A DNA stretch of 64,000 nt from Candidatus Magasanikiibacteriota bacterium (GTDB lineage Bacteria > Patescibacteriota > Patescibacteriia > Magasanikbacterales > UBA922). The stretch is taken from the NCBI GenBank assembly GCA_041665025.1, contig JBAYJP010000005.1:11056-75055 (forward strand), given 5' to 3'. Under the pieces are notes generated by a model that was not told the DNA's origin, ran no database searches, and saw nothing but the letters and a program-made list of their open reading frames with translations. Positions 7,817 through 17,190 of the stretch are shown here, one piece after another; within the stretch, counting starts at the first letter, position 1, and each line of letters opens with the position of its first letter. A program made the position numbers and the translations under genes.

Positions 7817-9568
7817 ATGTTGTTACCCAAACGTCTCCTCTCGTTCTTTTTGGCTCTTTCACTTTTATTCACATTTTTCGGTAGTACGCTTGTATCTCCT
7901 GCAGTCGCATATGCAGCATCAAGCGTCTCTATGTCCCTCACTAGTAGTAATGCTCTTTTCGTCAATGAAACTAATTCACTCACTGTTTCAATGAAAGCAA
8001 ACAGTGCACTGCAAGACGCGCTTGTTGATTTCGAATTATACAATAGTTCAAATCAGCGAGTCGTTCAAAAAGTTTTTGAGCATGAAACTCTCGGGTTAAA
8101 TCAATCTCGTATATACACCCTTTCGTGGAAACCAACACAAACAGGCACGTATACATTGCGAACTGGTGTATTTACATCAAACTGGTCATCACTTATTCAA
8201 TGGGAAAATACAGCAGCAACATTTTCAGTGCAGGTTCGTCCTGTAGTAGCAACAACCGTGGCGCCTGCTTCTGCTGCAACAACCCAAGTGTGGTGGCCAT
8301 CTCAAAATGCGACCATATCAGGAGTACAACCATTTAAGGCTGTTCTTTCGGCTACGTCGCTTTCAGATTACCAGATGTATTGGCAGGTCGACGGCGGGCA
8401 GTTGAATTTTATGAACAATAGTTTAGTTGATGTTCCGCACAAAGAATCTCTGGTAAATGTATCGGGGTGGAATTGGAGAGGAAACGGCCCTTATACATTG
8501 AACTTTGTGGCAAAGAATGCAAGCGGTCAGACGATTGCACAAAAACAGGTAGCAATCTACATAGGCACATCTTCACAACAGACAGCGCCTGCGACACCTA
8601 CAACTCCTGTGGTAAATACAACCCAAACACAGACGACCCAAACAACAACTTCCCCTCCAACTCAAACATCTGCACCCGCACAAACTGCTACAGCGCCAAC
8701 CGCGACATCTGTTTCTGGTTTGTATGTAAATCCAAATTCTCCCGCATTGGTTCAAGCGCAACAATGGCAGAGTTCTCGTCCTGCTGATGCCGCACTTATG
8801 AAAAAAATTGGTGACCAGCCAAGCGCGCGATGGTTTGGAAACTGGAATGCCAATATATATACAGATGTAAAAAGTTATGTAGACGCTGCGGCAAGTGCTA
8901 ATGCGACTCCAGTACTTATTGCGTATAATATTCCTCAACGCGACTGCGGTGGATATTCTGCAGGTGGTAGTAATGATCCAGCCGTGTATCGCCAGTGGAT
9001 CACAGATATGGCGCGTGGTATTGGCAATAGAAGCGCAATGATTATTCTCGAACCAGATTCTGTTGCTTTGAATGATTGTCTTTCTTCCACTGACAAACAA
9101 ACTCGTTTTGGTTTGCTCTCGTACGCCGTGGATACACTCAAAGCAAATTCAAACGCACGCGTATATATTGATGCAGGACACTCAAGCTGGGTAGGCGCGC
9201 AAGATATGGCAAATCGTTTGACACAAGCAGGTATTGCACGCGCAAATGGTTTTGCGCTCAATGTGTCAAATTTTTATTCGACACAAGACAACGTGAATTA
9301 TGGAACGCAAGTCTCTCAATATCTTAATGGTAAACACTTTGTCGTGGATACGTCACGGAATGGACGCGGATCAAATGGCCAATGGTGCAATCCGTCTGAT
9401 AGAGCGCTTGGTGAAAAGCCAACACTTAGTACAGGCAATTCACTTGTTGATGGGTTCTTGTGGCTTAAGACTCCAGGTGAATCAGATGGCTCATGTAATG
9501 GTGGACCTTCGGCAGGGCAGTGGTGGCCTGAATATGCGCTTGGGTTAGCACAGAGATCATCATGGTAA
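7817..9568 (+). CDS. Secreted glycoside hydrolase family 6 (cellulase/cellobiohydrolase-like) with a signal peptide and N-terminal Ig-like and X domains
   Basis: Signal peptide, then an Ig-like domain, then domain X (GVQPFKAVLSATSLSDYQMYWQVDGGQLNFM...). A Thr/Gln/Pro linker follows. The GH6 catalytic domain carries YNIPQRDCGGYSAGG, ILEPDSVAL, YIDAGHSSW and FLWLKTPGESDG. Confidence 0.8.
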   Translation: MLLPKRLLSFFLALSLLFTFFGSTLVSPAVAYAASSVSMSLTSSNALFVNETNSLTVSMKANSALQDALVDFELYNSSNQRVVQKVFEHETLGLNQSRIYTLSWKPTQTGTYTLRTGVFTSNWSSLIQWENTAATFSVQVRPVVATTVAPASAATTQVWWPSQNATISGVQPFKAVLSATSLSDYQMYWQVDGGQLNFMNNSLVDVPHKESLVNVSGWNWRGNGPYTLNFVAKNASGQTIAQKQVAIYIGTSSQQTAPATPTTPVVNTTQTQTTQTTTSPPTQTSAPAQTATAPTATSVSGLYVNPNSPALVQAQQWQSSRPADAALMKKIGDQPSARWFGNWNANIYTDVKSYVDAAASANATPVLIAYNIPQRDCGGYSAGGSNDPAVYRQWITDMARGIGNRSAMIILEPDSVALNDCLSSTDKQTRFGLLSYAVDTLKANSNARVYIDAGHSSWVGAQDMANRLTQAGIARANGFALNVSNFYSTQDNVNYGTQVSQYLNGKHFVVDTSRNGRGSNGQWCNPSDRALGEKPTLSTGNSLVDGFLWLKTPGESDGSCNGGPSAGQWWPEYALGLAQRSSW

Positions 9569-9570
9569 AG

Positions 9571-9632
9571 AACACGTAACACGTAGCACATAGCATATGA
9601 GACACATAACTATAACATGTAACTCATAACTA
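9571..9632. repeat. Short tandem-like repeats of the CACGTAACACATAAC type in a 3' UTR
   Basis: aacacgtaacacgtagcacatagcat...cacataactataacatgtaactcataac. Similar to 13510-13562. Confidence 0.4.
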
Positions 9633-9660
9633 AACAGTCCCGAGATAGTCGGGACTGTTT
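9633..9660 (+). terminator. Rho-independent terminator (acagtcccga-gata-tcgggactgt)
   Basis: Perfect 10 bp stem with a tetraloop, followed by a T-rich tract (TTTAGTT). Confidence 0.5.
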
Positions 9661-9729
9661 AGTTAACAATTTGTTCACTTGACAATGGTTCACATGGTAA
9701 ACTATACTAAAATAGTATAAATATACTAT

Positions 9730-10920
9730 ATGCGCACATTATTATACAACATCAAGACAAGCGAACTAACACCAGGCGGTATACTGCGTCTGACGGCTGT
9801 TCCGATGCGTCCACGAGATAGGATGTATTATAAACCAGGACAGTACGCCATGATTGCGTATGAACTTTCAAAAGAATACCAAAAGTTTCATTCCTTTAGT
9901 ATCGTAAGCAGTCCGCTTGATGAACATATTTCGTTTGCTATCAAAGTGTCTGGTCCATTCACGCAGTCACTCGCGAGTTTACCTATAGGTTCTCTTATCG
10001 CAGTGCGTGGTCCATATGGCTCTTTTGTTTTGCGTGAACACGATACCAAAGATAGTGTACTTTTTGCTGCGGGTATTGGCATCACACCATTTGTGAGCAT
10101 GTTGAGGTACGCACATGAGACACAACAGCCTCAGAATATTCATTTATTATATAGTGTTCGATCGTCATGTGATGTTCCATTTATTGATATTATCAATCAT
10201 ATTGGAGAGGATAATTCGCGGATACGTCCAACCATTACTGTCACCGGAGGCGAAGATATTGTGCCCCATGGTTTTATAAAAGGAAGAGTTTCAAAAGAAC
10301 TTATTGAGTCCATAATTCCACGTTCCATTCATGCAACCCGATTTTATATATGTGGTCCATCAGTATTTATTCACGCTGTAGAAGATATGCTGACTGAGTT
10401 AGCTGTACGTCAAAAATATGTATATACCGAAGATTTTGTTCCTTCGGCACGCGTATTATGGAAACAGCCAGTACCGCTTGTAGCAAGTACGGCAGCTATT
10501 GCCGCGTCGGTTTTTGTTTTTTCCCTTGCCACAAATGCGCACGATGTCTCTGCGTTTGCAGATAAATCTTTCAATCGGCTTAATACAATATTTAATGCGA
10601 CAGATGTAAATGCCGCGGTTACTAAACAAAGAGAACAAGTGTTGTCACAAGAACAATATGAAACATACAGCGTGCCGCAAATTACCACAGTGCTCGTGCC
10701 AAGGCAGACGGCTGAGCAGATCAGTGTTATGGAACAAACAGTAGTGACAAAACAAGTGACTGCACAGCCGATACCGCAAGCAGCTCCGGCAGTTGTCCAA
10801 AATCCACCGCGCTCTACAAGTCTAGCACCTCAACAAGTTGCAACTCCTGCTCCCGCTGCTGTACAGCCAAAACCAGTCATCATGCCCACTCCGCCGCCTC
10901 CACGAACACAGGTGTCATAA
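9730..10920 (+). CDS. FNR-type FAD/NAD(P)-binding oxidoreductase module with a C-terminal TM anchor and a Pro/Gln-rich tail
   Basis: FAD-binding RxYS-like motif HSFSIVSSP and an NAD-binding motif. A TM segment AAIAASVFVFSLA near the C terminus is followed by a PQ-rich tail PAAVQPKPVIMPTPPPP. Confidence 0.6.
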   Translation: MRTLLYNIKTSELTPGGILRLTAVPMRPRDRMYYKPGQYAMIAYELSKEYQKFHSFSIVSSPLDEHISFAIKVSGPFTQSLASLPIGSLIAVRGPYGSFVLREHDTKDSVLFAAGIGITPFVSMLRYAHETQQPQNIHLLYSVRSSCDVPFIDIINHIGEDNSRIRPTITVTGGEDIVPHGFIKGRVSKELIESIIPRSIHATRFYICGPSVFIHAVEDMLTELAVRQKYVYTEDFVPSARVLWKQPVPLVASTAAIAASVFVFSLATNAHDVSAFADKSFNRLNTIFNATDVNAAVTKQREQVLSQEQYETYSVPQITTVLVPRQTAEQISVMEQTVVTKQVTAQPIPQAAPAVVQNPPRSTSLAPQQVATPAPAAVQPKPVIMPTPPPPRTQVS

Positions 10921-10995
10921 AAATTATTCTAACTTATACCAATTGTTCCAATTGGTCGAGACAAATATTAATTTCAAATAGATTAAGCCTTTATT

Positions 10996-11499
10996 ATGAG
11001 AAAAAAATATCTCCACATATACAGTTTTTTAGCAGTTTTTCTTATTGCTTTTTTTGCGTGTGCGCCGTCGTTATACGTGCATGCAGAAGATGAGGACGAG
11101 GCTTTCAAACAAGAAATAGAGCGTGTTCGTGAAGAACAAAAACAAGAGCTTGAAAGAGAGCGTGAAGAAGAAAAAAAAGAGGATGAGTACGAAGCAGAAA
11201 GAGAGGATGAATATGAAGATGAAGATTACTTTGAAGGGCCTCAACAAGTCCAGCCACAACCCGAACCTATTGTCGAGGAACAGCCGCTCGAACAACCAGT
11301 GGCACAACAACCAATTATGACTCAAGTAACTGAAACAGTCCCCACAACTCGCGTAGTTGAAAAGCCCGTAATACAAATGGTAGAACAATATCAAACAACG
11401 TATGTAACGCAATATAGAAAGACAAATAACTATATTGTGAGTGATGTAAATATGAATGGCGTAGTTGATCAATTTGAATTGATCGTGGCAGGTAGTTAG
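10996..11499 (+). CDS. Secreted highly acidic protein (Glu/Asp-rich) with a Pro/Gln linker
   Basis: Signal peptide MRKKYLHIYSFLAVFLIAFFACA; an EDEDE/EREREEEKKEDEYE low-complexity stretch; C-terminal DVNMNGVVDQFEL. Confidence 0.4.
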   Translation: MRKKYLHIYSFLAVFLIAFFACAPSLYVHAEDEDEAFKQEIERVREEQKQELEREREEEKKEDEYEAEREDEYEDEDYFEGPQQVQPQPEPIVEEQPLEQPVAQQPIMTQVTETVPTTRVVEKPVIQMVEQYQTTYVTQYRKTNNYIVSDVNMNGVVDQFELIVAGS

Positions 11500-11570
11500 T
11501 GTGGTATTGAGTAGTTTAGTTATCTAAAATTCTTTTAAAATTTTGAATTCCAAATTAAAAATTTACGAGT

Positions 11571-12539
11571 ATGTATTGGACATTCGGCTTTGATGCCTGG
11601 GATACAACGATTTCCGGCACGGTAGATGTCGGAGAAAAGTATGACGAATCGACGTTGGCTGATTTGGAACAGCAATTAAAAGCTGACGCAGAAATGTACG
11701 CGAAGATATGTTCACGTTTTGATAACGCAAGTGAGATATCGCAGTTGAATGAACAAACTGATAACGAAGTGGTTGTGAGTGAACGACTGTCTGATATGTT
11801 GGAAAAGGCGCAAAAGACCTATAGGGAGACACACGGCATATTTGACCCTACAATTTTGAAAGCTCTTGAACATAGTGGGTATGATAAAACATTTTTGAAT
11901 ATCTCTGATGATGATCCATCAACCCATATATACGAAAAACGTGATTTGATTGTGAGACAACACGCGGGACGTCCCCAGTTTAGTGAAATAAGACTACACA
12001 AAGATAAACACAGCGTATATATGCCGCTTGGCATGCGGATTGACCTTATGGGAATTGCAAAAGGGTATTGGGTAGATTATGCGGTTGAACAATTTTTTTC
12101 TGAATATCAATCATTGTGGCTTTCCGCAGGTGGAGATATATATGTGAAAGGCATGGATGAAAAACAAGAGCCGTGGAAAATTATAGTGCAAGATCCGTTT
12201 GACCTTTCAAATAATATCGGCTATTTTACGCATACAGCCAAAAAAGATTTTGGTGTTGCGACATCGGGTATTACGAAGCGCATGGGTATGAGTGGGGCAG
12301 GTAAATGGCATCATATTATTGATCCACGTACTGGCTTGCCATCAGAAAGTGATGTCGTATCAGCTACAGTTTGCGCGCCGAGTGTGGCAGATGCGGATGT
12401 GTATGCCAAGACTGCGGTTATACTCGGGTCTCACCAAGCGCATTTATTTTTTTTATCACGTCCGGAATGTGAGTATGTGCTTGTGGATGTGAATGGGCGA
12501 GTGTATTATTCTCAAAACTTGTCATTCCGAGCGACCTAA
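11571..12539 (+). CDS. apbE: FAD:protein FMN transferase (ApbE family)
   Basis: ApbE motifs IDLMGIAKGYWVDYA, LSAGGDIYVKG and GAGKWHHIIDPRTGLP. Confidence 0.8.
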   Translation: MYWTFGFDAWDTTISGTVDVGEKYDESTLADLEQQLKADAEMYAKICSRFDNASEISQLNEQTDNEVVVSERLSDMLEKAQKTYRETHGIFDPTILKALEHSGYDKTFLNISDDDPSTHIYEKRDLIVRQHAGRPQFSEIRLHKDKHSVYMPLGMRIDLMGIAKGYWVDYAVEQFFSEYQSLWLSAGGDIYVKGMDEKQEPWKIIVQDPFDLSNNIGYFTHTAKKDFGVATSGITKRMGMSGAGKWHHIIDPRTGLPSESDVVSATVCAPSVADADVYAKTAVILGSHQAHLFFLSRPECEYVLVDVNGRVYYSQNLSFRAT

Positions 12540-12640
12540 TGGAGTCGAGGAATCTCTTTTTAAATCACCGAGTGACGCATAGAAAAGGGATCCCTCGATT
12601 GCGCTCATTCGTCCCTCATTCGCTTCACTCGGCATGACAA
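12521..12640. repeat. Imperfect long inverted repeat built from two copies of the TCATTCCGAGCG...GAGGAATC motif family
   Basis: gtcattccgagcgacc...tcgaggaatc at the left; gatccctcga...cactcggcatgac at the right is its near reverse complement. Overlaps the apbE stop and fills the spacer to the next gene. Confidence 0.45.
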
Positions 12641-12650
12641 TTGTAAACAT

Positions 12651-13529
12651 ATGTTCAAGAAAAAAGAAACAATCTACGGAGTCGTCACATTATGTTTAGT
12701 CATTATATTTTCTTTGGTATTTTTTAATACAACAAAGGCACAAACTACATCTTCTATTTATGCTCAAGATCCAGATCCAAAAGATACAGATATAGATGGT
12801 CTCACTGATCAAGGAGAAAAGTATTTGTTTGGGACTGACCCAACTCTACCCGATACAGACGCAGATGGATACCTCGATGGCGCAGAAGTATTGTCACAGA
12901 CTGACCCACTTGATCCTATGAGTCCCGGCACGGTAGCACAAGTGAAGACAATACGTGAAGTTCCATGGCCATGGTACAGCGCCCGAGCCGCGGGGATTAT
13001 TAGTTATATTTTATTATTTTTTATTACGATATCTGGTATTGCATTGTCTACCGGGGCGCTTTATCGCGTGTTTGGACAAGTGTGGGGATGGCGCATGCAT
13101 CAGTGGATTGGGATTATGATGATGGTGAGTGTTGTCGGACATGTAGTCGCGCTTGGGCTTGATACATTTATGAGTTTTTCTCTTGCAGAACTTCTCATAC
13201 CATTTGCGACTGATTACAAGCCAGTGCTCATGGCCTCCGGCATTGTGAGTTTCTATTTTTTTCTCATACTTATTTCCACATCATTATTTGTGATTCAAAA
13301 AAAATACCGTTTGTGGAGATATTTTCATTATTTGTCATTTCCCATGTTTGCTGGAGCATTTGTACATAGTGTGCTCTTGGGTACCGATTCAAAAACGCTT
13401 ACGATGACGATAATGTATTGGGCTACGGCGATTATTGTAGGATTGTTTGTGATTTATCGGATTTTGTATCGGAAGATTCAAGGGAGAGTGTTTCATCAGC
13501 ATCTGGGGCACGTAACACATAACACATAA
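12651..13529 (+). CDS. Ferric-reductase-like bis-heme transmembrane domain protein with N-terminal TSP3-like calcium-binding repeats
   Basis: Signal/TM, then DPDPKDTDIDGLTDQGE...DTDADGYLDGAE (thrombospondin type 3-like Asp repeats). Six TM helices carry His pairs spaced 13 apart (RMHQW...VGHVV and YFHYL...FVHSV), as in NOX/MsrQ heme ligands. Confidence 0.6.
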   Translation: MFKKKETIYGVVTLCLVIIFSLVFFNTTKAQTTSSIYAQDPDPKDTDIDGLTDQGEKYLFGTDPTLPDTDADGYLDGAEVLSQTDPLDPMSPGTVAQVKTIREVPWPWYSARAAGIISYILLFFITISGIALSTGALYRVFGQVWGWRMHQWIGIMMMVSVVGHVVALGLDTFMSFSLAELLIPFATDYKPVLMASGIVSFYFFLILISTSLFVIQKKYRLWRYFHYLSFPMFAGAFVHSVLLGTDSKTLTMTIMYWATAIIVGLFVIYRILYRKIQGRVFHQHLGHVTHNT

Positions 13530-13562
13530 CAAAGTTCACGTAACACATAACAAAAATAGCTC
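13510..13562. repeat. CACGTAACACATAAC-type repeats overlapping the gene end and 3' UTR
   Basis: cacgtaacacataacacataac...cacgtaacacataac. Encodes the C-terminal HVTHNT residues and continues past the stop codon. Confidence 0.4.
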
Positions 13563-13655
13563 CGAAGAGGGGCTTTTATTGTGGTAAGATTTTTTATTAT
13601 AAACATTCTATTGTATAATGATATAGATTAATTTAGTACAGTTGTTTACCTCTAT

Positions 13656-14144
13656 ATGAATAATATTTTTGTATCACATAAAGGAGAGTTTCGCACACAT
13701 ATTGGCATTATGTTTGCGATTTTCATTTTGTTTTTGATCGGTGCGATAACGCTGTTTGCAAATTTTATGCACCGCAATAATATAAGAGAGTTTGAAGAAA
13801 AAGGAAAAGTATATACCGGCATAGTTACGGATAATTATTTTTTTCATACGCCTGAGGTTGGAACTCGAAGCAGTATAAGAACTCGATACATGATTTGTCT
13901 TAAGCCGACCGAACCTATAGAAAATTATGAGTTATTATGTTCGAGTGAATATATTTCGCGCTCATTGGCTCAGAAATACCCGGTAGGGTCCACTATATCG
14001 GGATATTTTCGAAATGATATTTATGAAATTTTGCTTATTCCGGGCATTGAAAGTTGGAGGGGAAACAAGATTTTTCAGTATCTTCCGTATGGATTTTTTG
14101 GTGTAGGCGTGGTACTTTTGTTGTATGCTAAGTTGAAGAAGTGA
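13656..14144 (+). CDS. Hypothetical membrane protein (N- and C-terminal TM helices, DUF3592-like architecture)
   Basis: 162 aa. TM at residues 15-35 and 140-158. A terminator hairpin acagctccggagaggggctgt plus T-run follows at 14183-14208. Confidence 0.4.
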   Translation: MNNIFVSHKGEFRTHIGIMFAIFILFLIGAITLFANFMHRNNIREFEEKGKVYTGIVTDNYFFHTPEVGTRSSIRTRYMICLKPTEPIENYELLCSSEYISRSLAQKYPVGSTISGYFRNDIYEILLIPGIESWRGNKIFQYLPYGFFGVGVVLLLYAKLKK

Positions 14145-14379
14145 ATGATATTGAAGATATTGGGATATTGGATATTAAAACAGCTCCGGAGAGGGGCTGT
14201 TTTTTGGTATTTTATTTCACTTAACTAGTAGTTATACTAAATATTTTTAAATATAATATAACTTTTTGTATATTATAGTAACAAAAACTCTCTCTACTAT
14301 ATACACATCCTCAGAACTTTTCAAATCGCAAATGTATGTGGATAATCAAAACAACCCGCCGCCTGGTGGGTTGTTGCTT

Positions 14380-14706
14380 TTATTTTTTAAGCTCGCATTT
14401 ACTCTCTACGCATGAGACATCATATGTGGGTGGCAGGCAAAAATAATCTGGACAAGCAATTGCGGCTGGATTATTTTTTCTGAAATTTTCTTCGCTTTCT
14501 CTTCCTTCTTTACTTATGGGAAATGTATTACACGTTAGACAAAATCCATGTAATTCATAAGATGTCGTGGTACAATCTTTGTCAGAATTACAGGATAGAT
14601 AATCAAATTGCTCTGCTGTATTTGTAGGATTATTGAGAGTTTTTTTCAGAGAACATCCGAGAGTAATGAATATCACAAGTGATGTAATGAGGAGTATTTT
14701 TTGCAT
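14380..14706 (-). CDS. Small Cys-rich lipoprotein
   Basis: Lipobox-like ITLGC after a hydrophobic signal; eight Cys in 108 aa. Confidence 0.4.
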   Translation of the reverse strand: MQKILLITSLVIFITLGCSLKKTLNNPTNTAEQFDYLSCNSDKDCTTTSYELHGFCLTCNTFPISKEGRESEENFRKNNPAAIACPDYFCLPPTYDVSCVESKCELKK

Positions 14707-14911
14707 ATATTTAAAATAAAAAATATGATATGAGTATACCTCAAGTTAAGTTTTTTTTCCACTTTTTAATTTATACGAAAACAATCCCGCTGGTTCGGGA
14801 TTGTCTGGGTTAAGAAACACCCTGGCTTTCATGCCATTGGTGTAGTGGTAAATAGTTGTTCGCAGTAAGCGGACCCCTCCCAACCTCTGGTTATAGGGGA
14901 GGAGTTGTTGG

Positions 14912-15742
14912 CTACTTCGCATTTACATCTGGCTGATGTATACCAAACGTATTTCCTTCAGTATCAATGAAATATCCTTGCCACGCCATGCCGGGAATTG
15001 CGTGCTTTGGCAGAGCAACAATACCTCCAGCTTTTTCTATTTTTTTAGCTGTTTCATCAAAGTCTCTGACAACTACGGTACAGACAAATGCGTTTGTTCC
15101 TTGTTGTGGGCCTGGGGCTGGAACAGGGCGTTGTAAAAGTCCTCCATCAATACCGTGAGATCCTGAACCCATCGGAGCAGTTACAATTCCCCAATATATA
15201 GGGTCGTCCATCAATTTCGGGAATTGCCATACAAATACATCGCCATAGAATTTCTTCGCGCGTTCTATGTCATCAGCTTGGATTTCAAAGTGTACGACGC
15301 GTTCAATTTTTTGATTTTTGTCGTAGCTTATCATCCAGTTGATGCCAAATTTATCTGTGCACATGCCAAAATATGATCCCCAAAATGCGTCTGCCATGGG
15401 CATGGTGTTTGTACCGCCTTCTGATAATTCTTGAAAGAATTTGTCTGCTTGTTCTCTGTTATCAGCTGTAACTGAAATAGAAATTGCATTACCGGTTCGT
15501 GATTTTTCTATTGATTCGGGCGTGTCACTTCCCATAAGAACACTATTGTTTCCAATAGGGAGCGCTACATGCATAATTTTCTCCCCTTCGTTTTCATTGA
15601 GTGACATGGCTTTTTGAGCTTCGGTCGGTGTATCTTTGAATCGTTGTATAAAGCCAAATTCATTGCCAAAGATTGATTTATAAAAGTTGAAGGCTTCTTC
15701 ACAGTTGTTGTCGAAGCTGAGATACGGGTTTAGTGCGGGCAT
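14912..15742 (-). CDS. VOC superfamily protein, tandem PhnB-like (3-demethylubiquinone-9 3-methyltransferase-domain) repeats
   Basis: N-terminal LNPYLSFDNNCEEAFNFYKSIFG and an internal repeat of the same fold. Confidence 0.55.
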   Translation of the reverse strand: MPALNPYLSFDNNCEEAFNFYKSIFGNEFGFIQRFKDTPTEAQKAMSLNENEGEKIMHVALPIGNNSVLMGSDTPESIEKSRTGNAISISVTADNREQADKFFQELSEGGTNTMPMADAFWGSYFGMCTDKFGINWMISYDKNQKIERVVHFEIQADDIERAKKFYGDVFVWQFPKLMDDPIYWGIVTAPMGSGSHGIDGGLLQRPVPAPGPQQGTNAFVCTVVVRDFDETAKKIEKAGGIVALPKHAIPGMAWQGYFIDTEGNTFGIHQPDVNAK

Positions 15743-15775
15743 ATTTTTAGAATTTAAAATTTTTAATTTTTAATA

Positions 15776-17170
15776 TTATGTATGTACAGGCACTTGCTTG
15801 ACATCAAGTTTGTTCAATTTATAAGTGATCCAAAAATATCCTACTATCGCGGACACAATGTTTCCCGCAACAAGAGATAACCAGACAGAGATAATGGGAA
15901 AATTAAATACATATGTCAATATATACGCAAGCGGAATCGCAATAATGACAAACCGTAAGAATACGATCCAAAATCCAGGCCATGATCTGCCAATTGCTTG
16001 AAACGCGCTTGCCTCAACAAGCGATGCGGCCAAAAATCCATAGGTCAATGCGACAGTCCACATATAATATGTGGCATATTGTGTTACGATCGGGTCAGTG
16101 GTAAATATGCCAATGACAAAGCGGGCAAACAGTGCCACGATAATACCGAGTGCTGTTGCACTAACAGATGCATACAAAAGTCCTTGGCGAAAAGATTGTT
16201 GTGAGCGTTCTAGGTTGCCTGCGCCGATATTTTGTCCCATCATAGCCATAGCGCCAAATCCAAATCCAACTGCGGGCAAAAACGCAAAAAATTCTACTCT
16301 AAACCCCAGACTAAACGCGACCGCTCCGGCTTCAAAAAATTTGGATGAAGTGATGACTGTCAGAGCAGCTACTCCTATAGGATATATGACTTGTGTTATT
16401 GATGCGGGTATTCCGATATCAAGAACTTTTTTTACTGACTGCCATTTGAATGACAAATTCGAAAAATGAAATCGTATTTTTCGTTTTACATTAGACAGCG
16501 AACGTAATGCTATTACAATAAAAACTGCTTGAGAAATAAGTGTCGCTATGGCGGCTCCGGAAATGCCGAGAGCTGGAATTCCTAGCCAACCAAATATCAG
16601 AATGGGATCGAGAATTGAGTTCACCAGTGTTGAAACTGCAAATAGTTTTGTTAACGTGAATGTGTCTCCTTGCGCGTTGAATGCAAACATGATGGTTGTT
16701 AATATGAAAAATAATATGGAGCCCGCTGCAGTAATAGTGAGATATTGACGGGCTGGTTCAAAAATGAGTCCATACGCGCCTGAAGCAACCAGGAGTTGGT
16801 TTCTAAATACGAGTGCGATAATGGTAAAAATAATTCCTGCAATAGCTGCGAGTACAAATGACTGTCCCAGTACGCGCTCTGCTTCAGGTATATTTTTTGC
16901 TCCAATATGCATGGACATGATAACGCCCGACCCAACCGTAATGCCAAAACCAAAAGATATCATGAGAAACAATGCAATTTGAGAAATACTCACCGCGGCT
17001 ATTGCCTCTGCTGATAATTTACTTACCCAATATGCATCTACGAGATTGTAAAGCGTATAGAAAAATATTGAGAGCATCATGGGCCATGCAAGAGACCAAA
17101 GTTGTTTGCGAATAGGGCCAGTTGTGAGATCCTGTTCGTGCATTTCAATTGTGGTAGTTTGTTCGGCCAT
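15776..17170 (-). CDS. MATE family efflux transporter
   Basis: 464 aa, 12 predicted TM helices. N-terminal GPIRKQLWSLAWPMMLSIFFYTLYNLVDAYWVSKL is typical of NorM/MATE. Confidence 0.8.
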   Translation of the reverse strand: MAEQTTTIEMHEQDLTTGPIRKQLWSLAWPMMLSIFFYTLYNLVDAYWVSKLSAEAIAAVSISQIALFLMISFGFGITVGSGVIMSMHIGAKNIPEAERVLGQSFVLAAIAGIIFTIIALVFRNQLLVASGAYGLIFEPARQYLTITAAGSILFFILTTIMFAFNAQGDTFTLTKLFAVSTLVNSILDPILIFGWLGIPALGISGAAIATLISQAVFIVIALRSLSNVKRKIRFHFSNLSFKWQSVKKVLDIGIPASITQVIYPIGVAALTVITSSKFFEAGAVAFSLGFRVEFFAFLPAVGFGFGAMAMMGQNIGAGNLERSQQSFRQGLLYASVSATALGIIVALFARFVIGIFTTDPIVTQYATYYMWTVALTYGFLAASLVEASAFQAIGRSWPGFWIVFLRFVIIAIPLAYILTYVFNFPIISVWLSLVAGNIVSAIVGYFWITYKLNKLDVKQVPVHT

Positions 17171-17190
17171 AGGGTACTGGTTTTATGACG

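Noticed and set aside
8573-9261. Minus-strand Cys/Arg-rich ORFs inside the GH6 gene
   Set aside because: Antisense to a well-supported GH6 coding region; a composition artefact.
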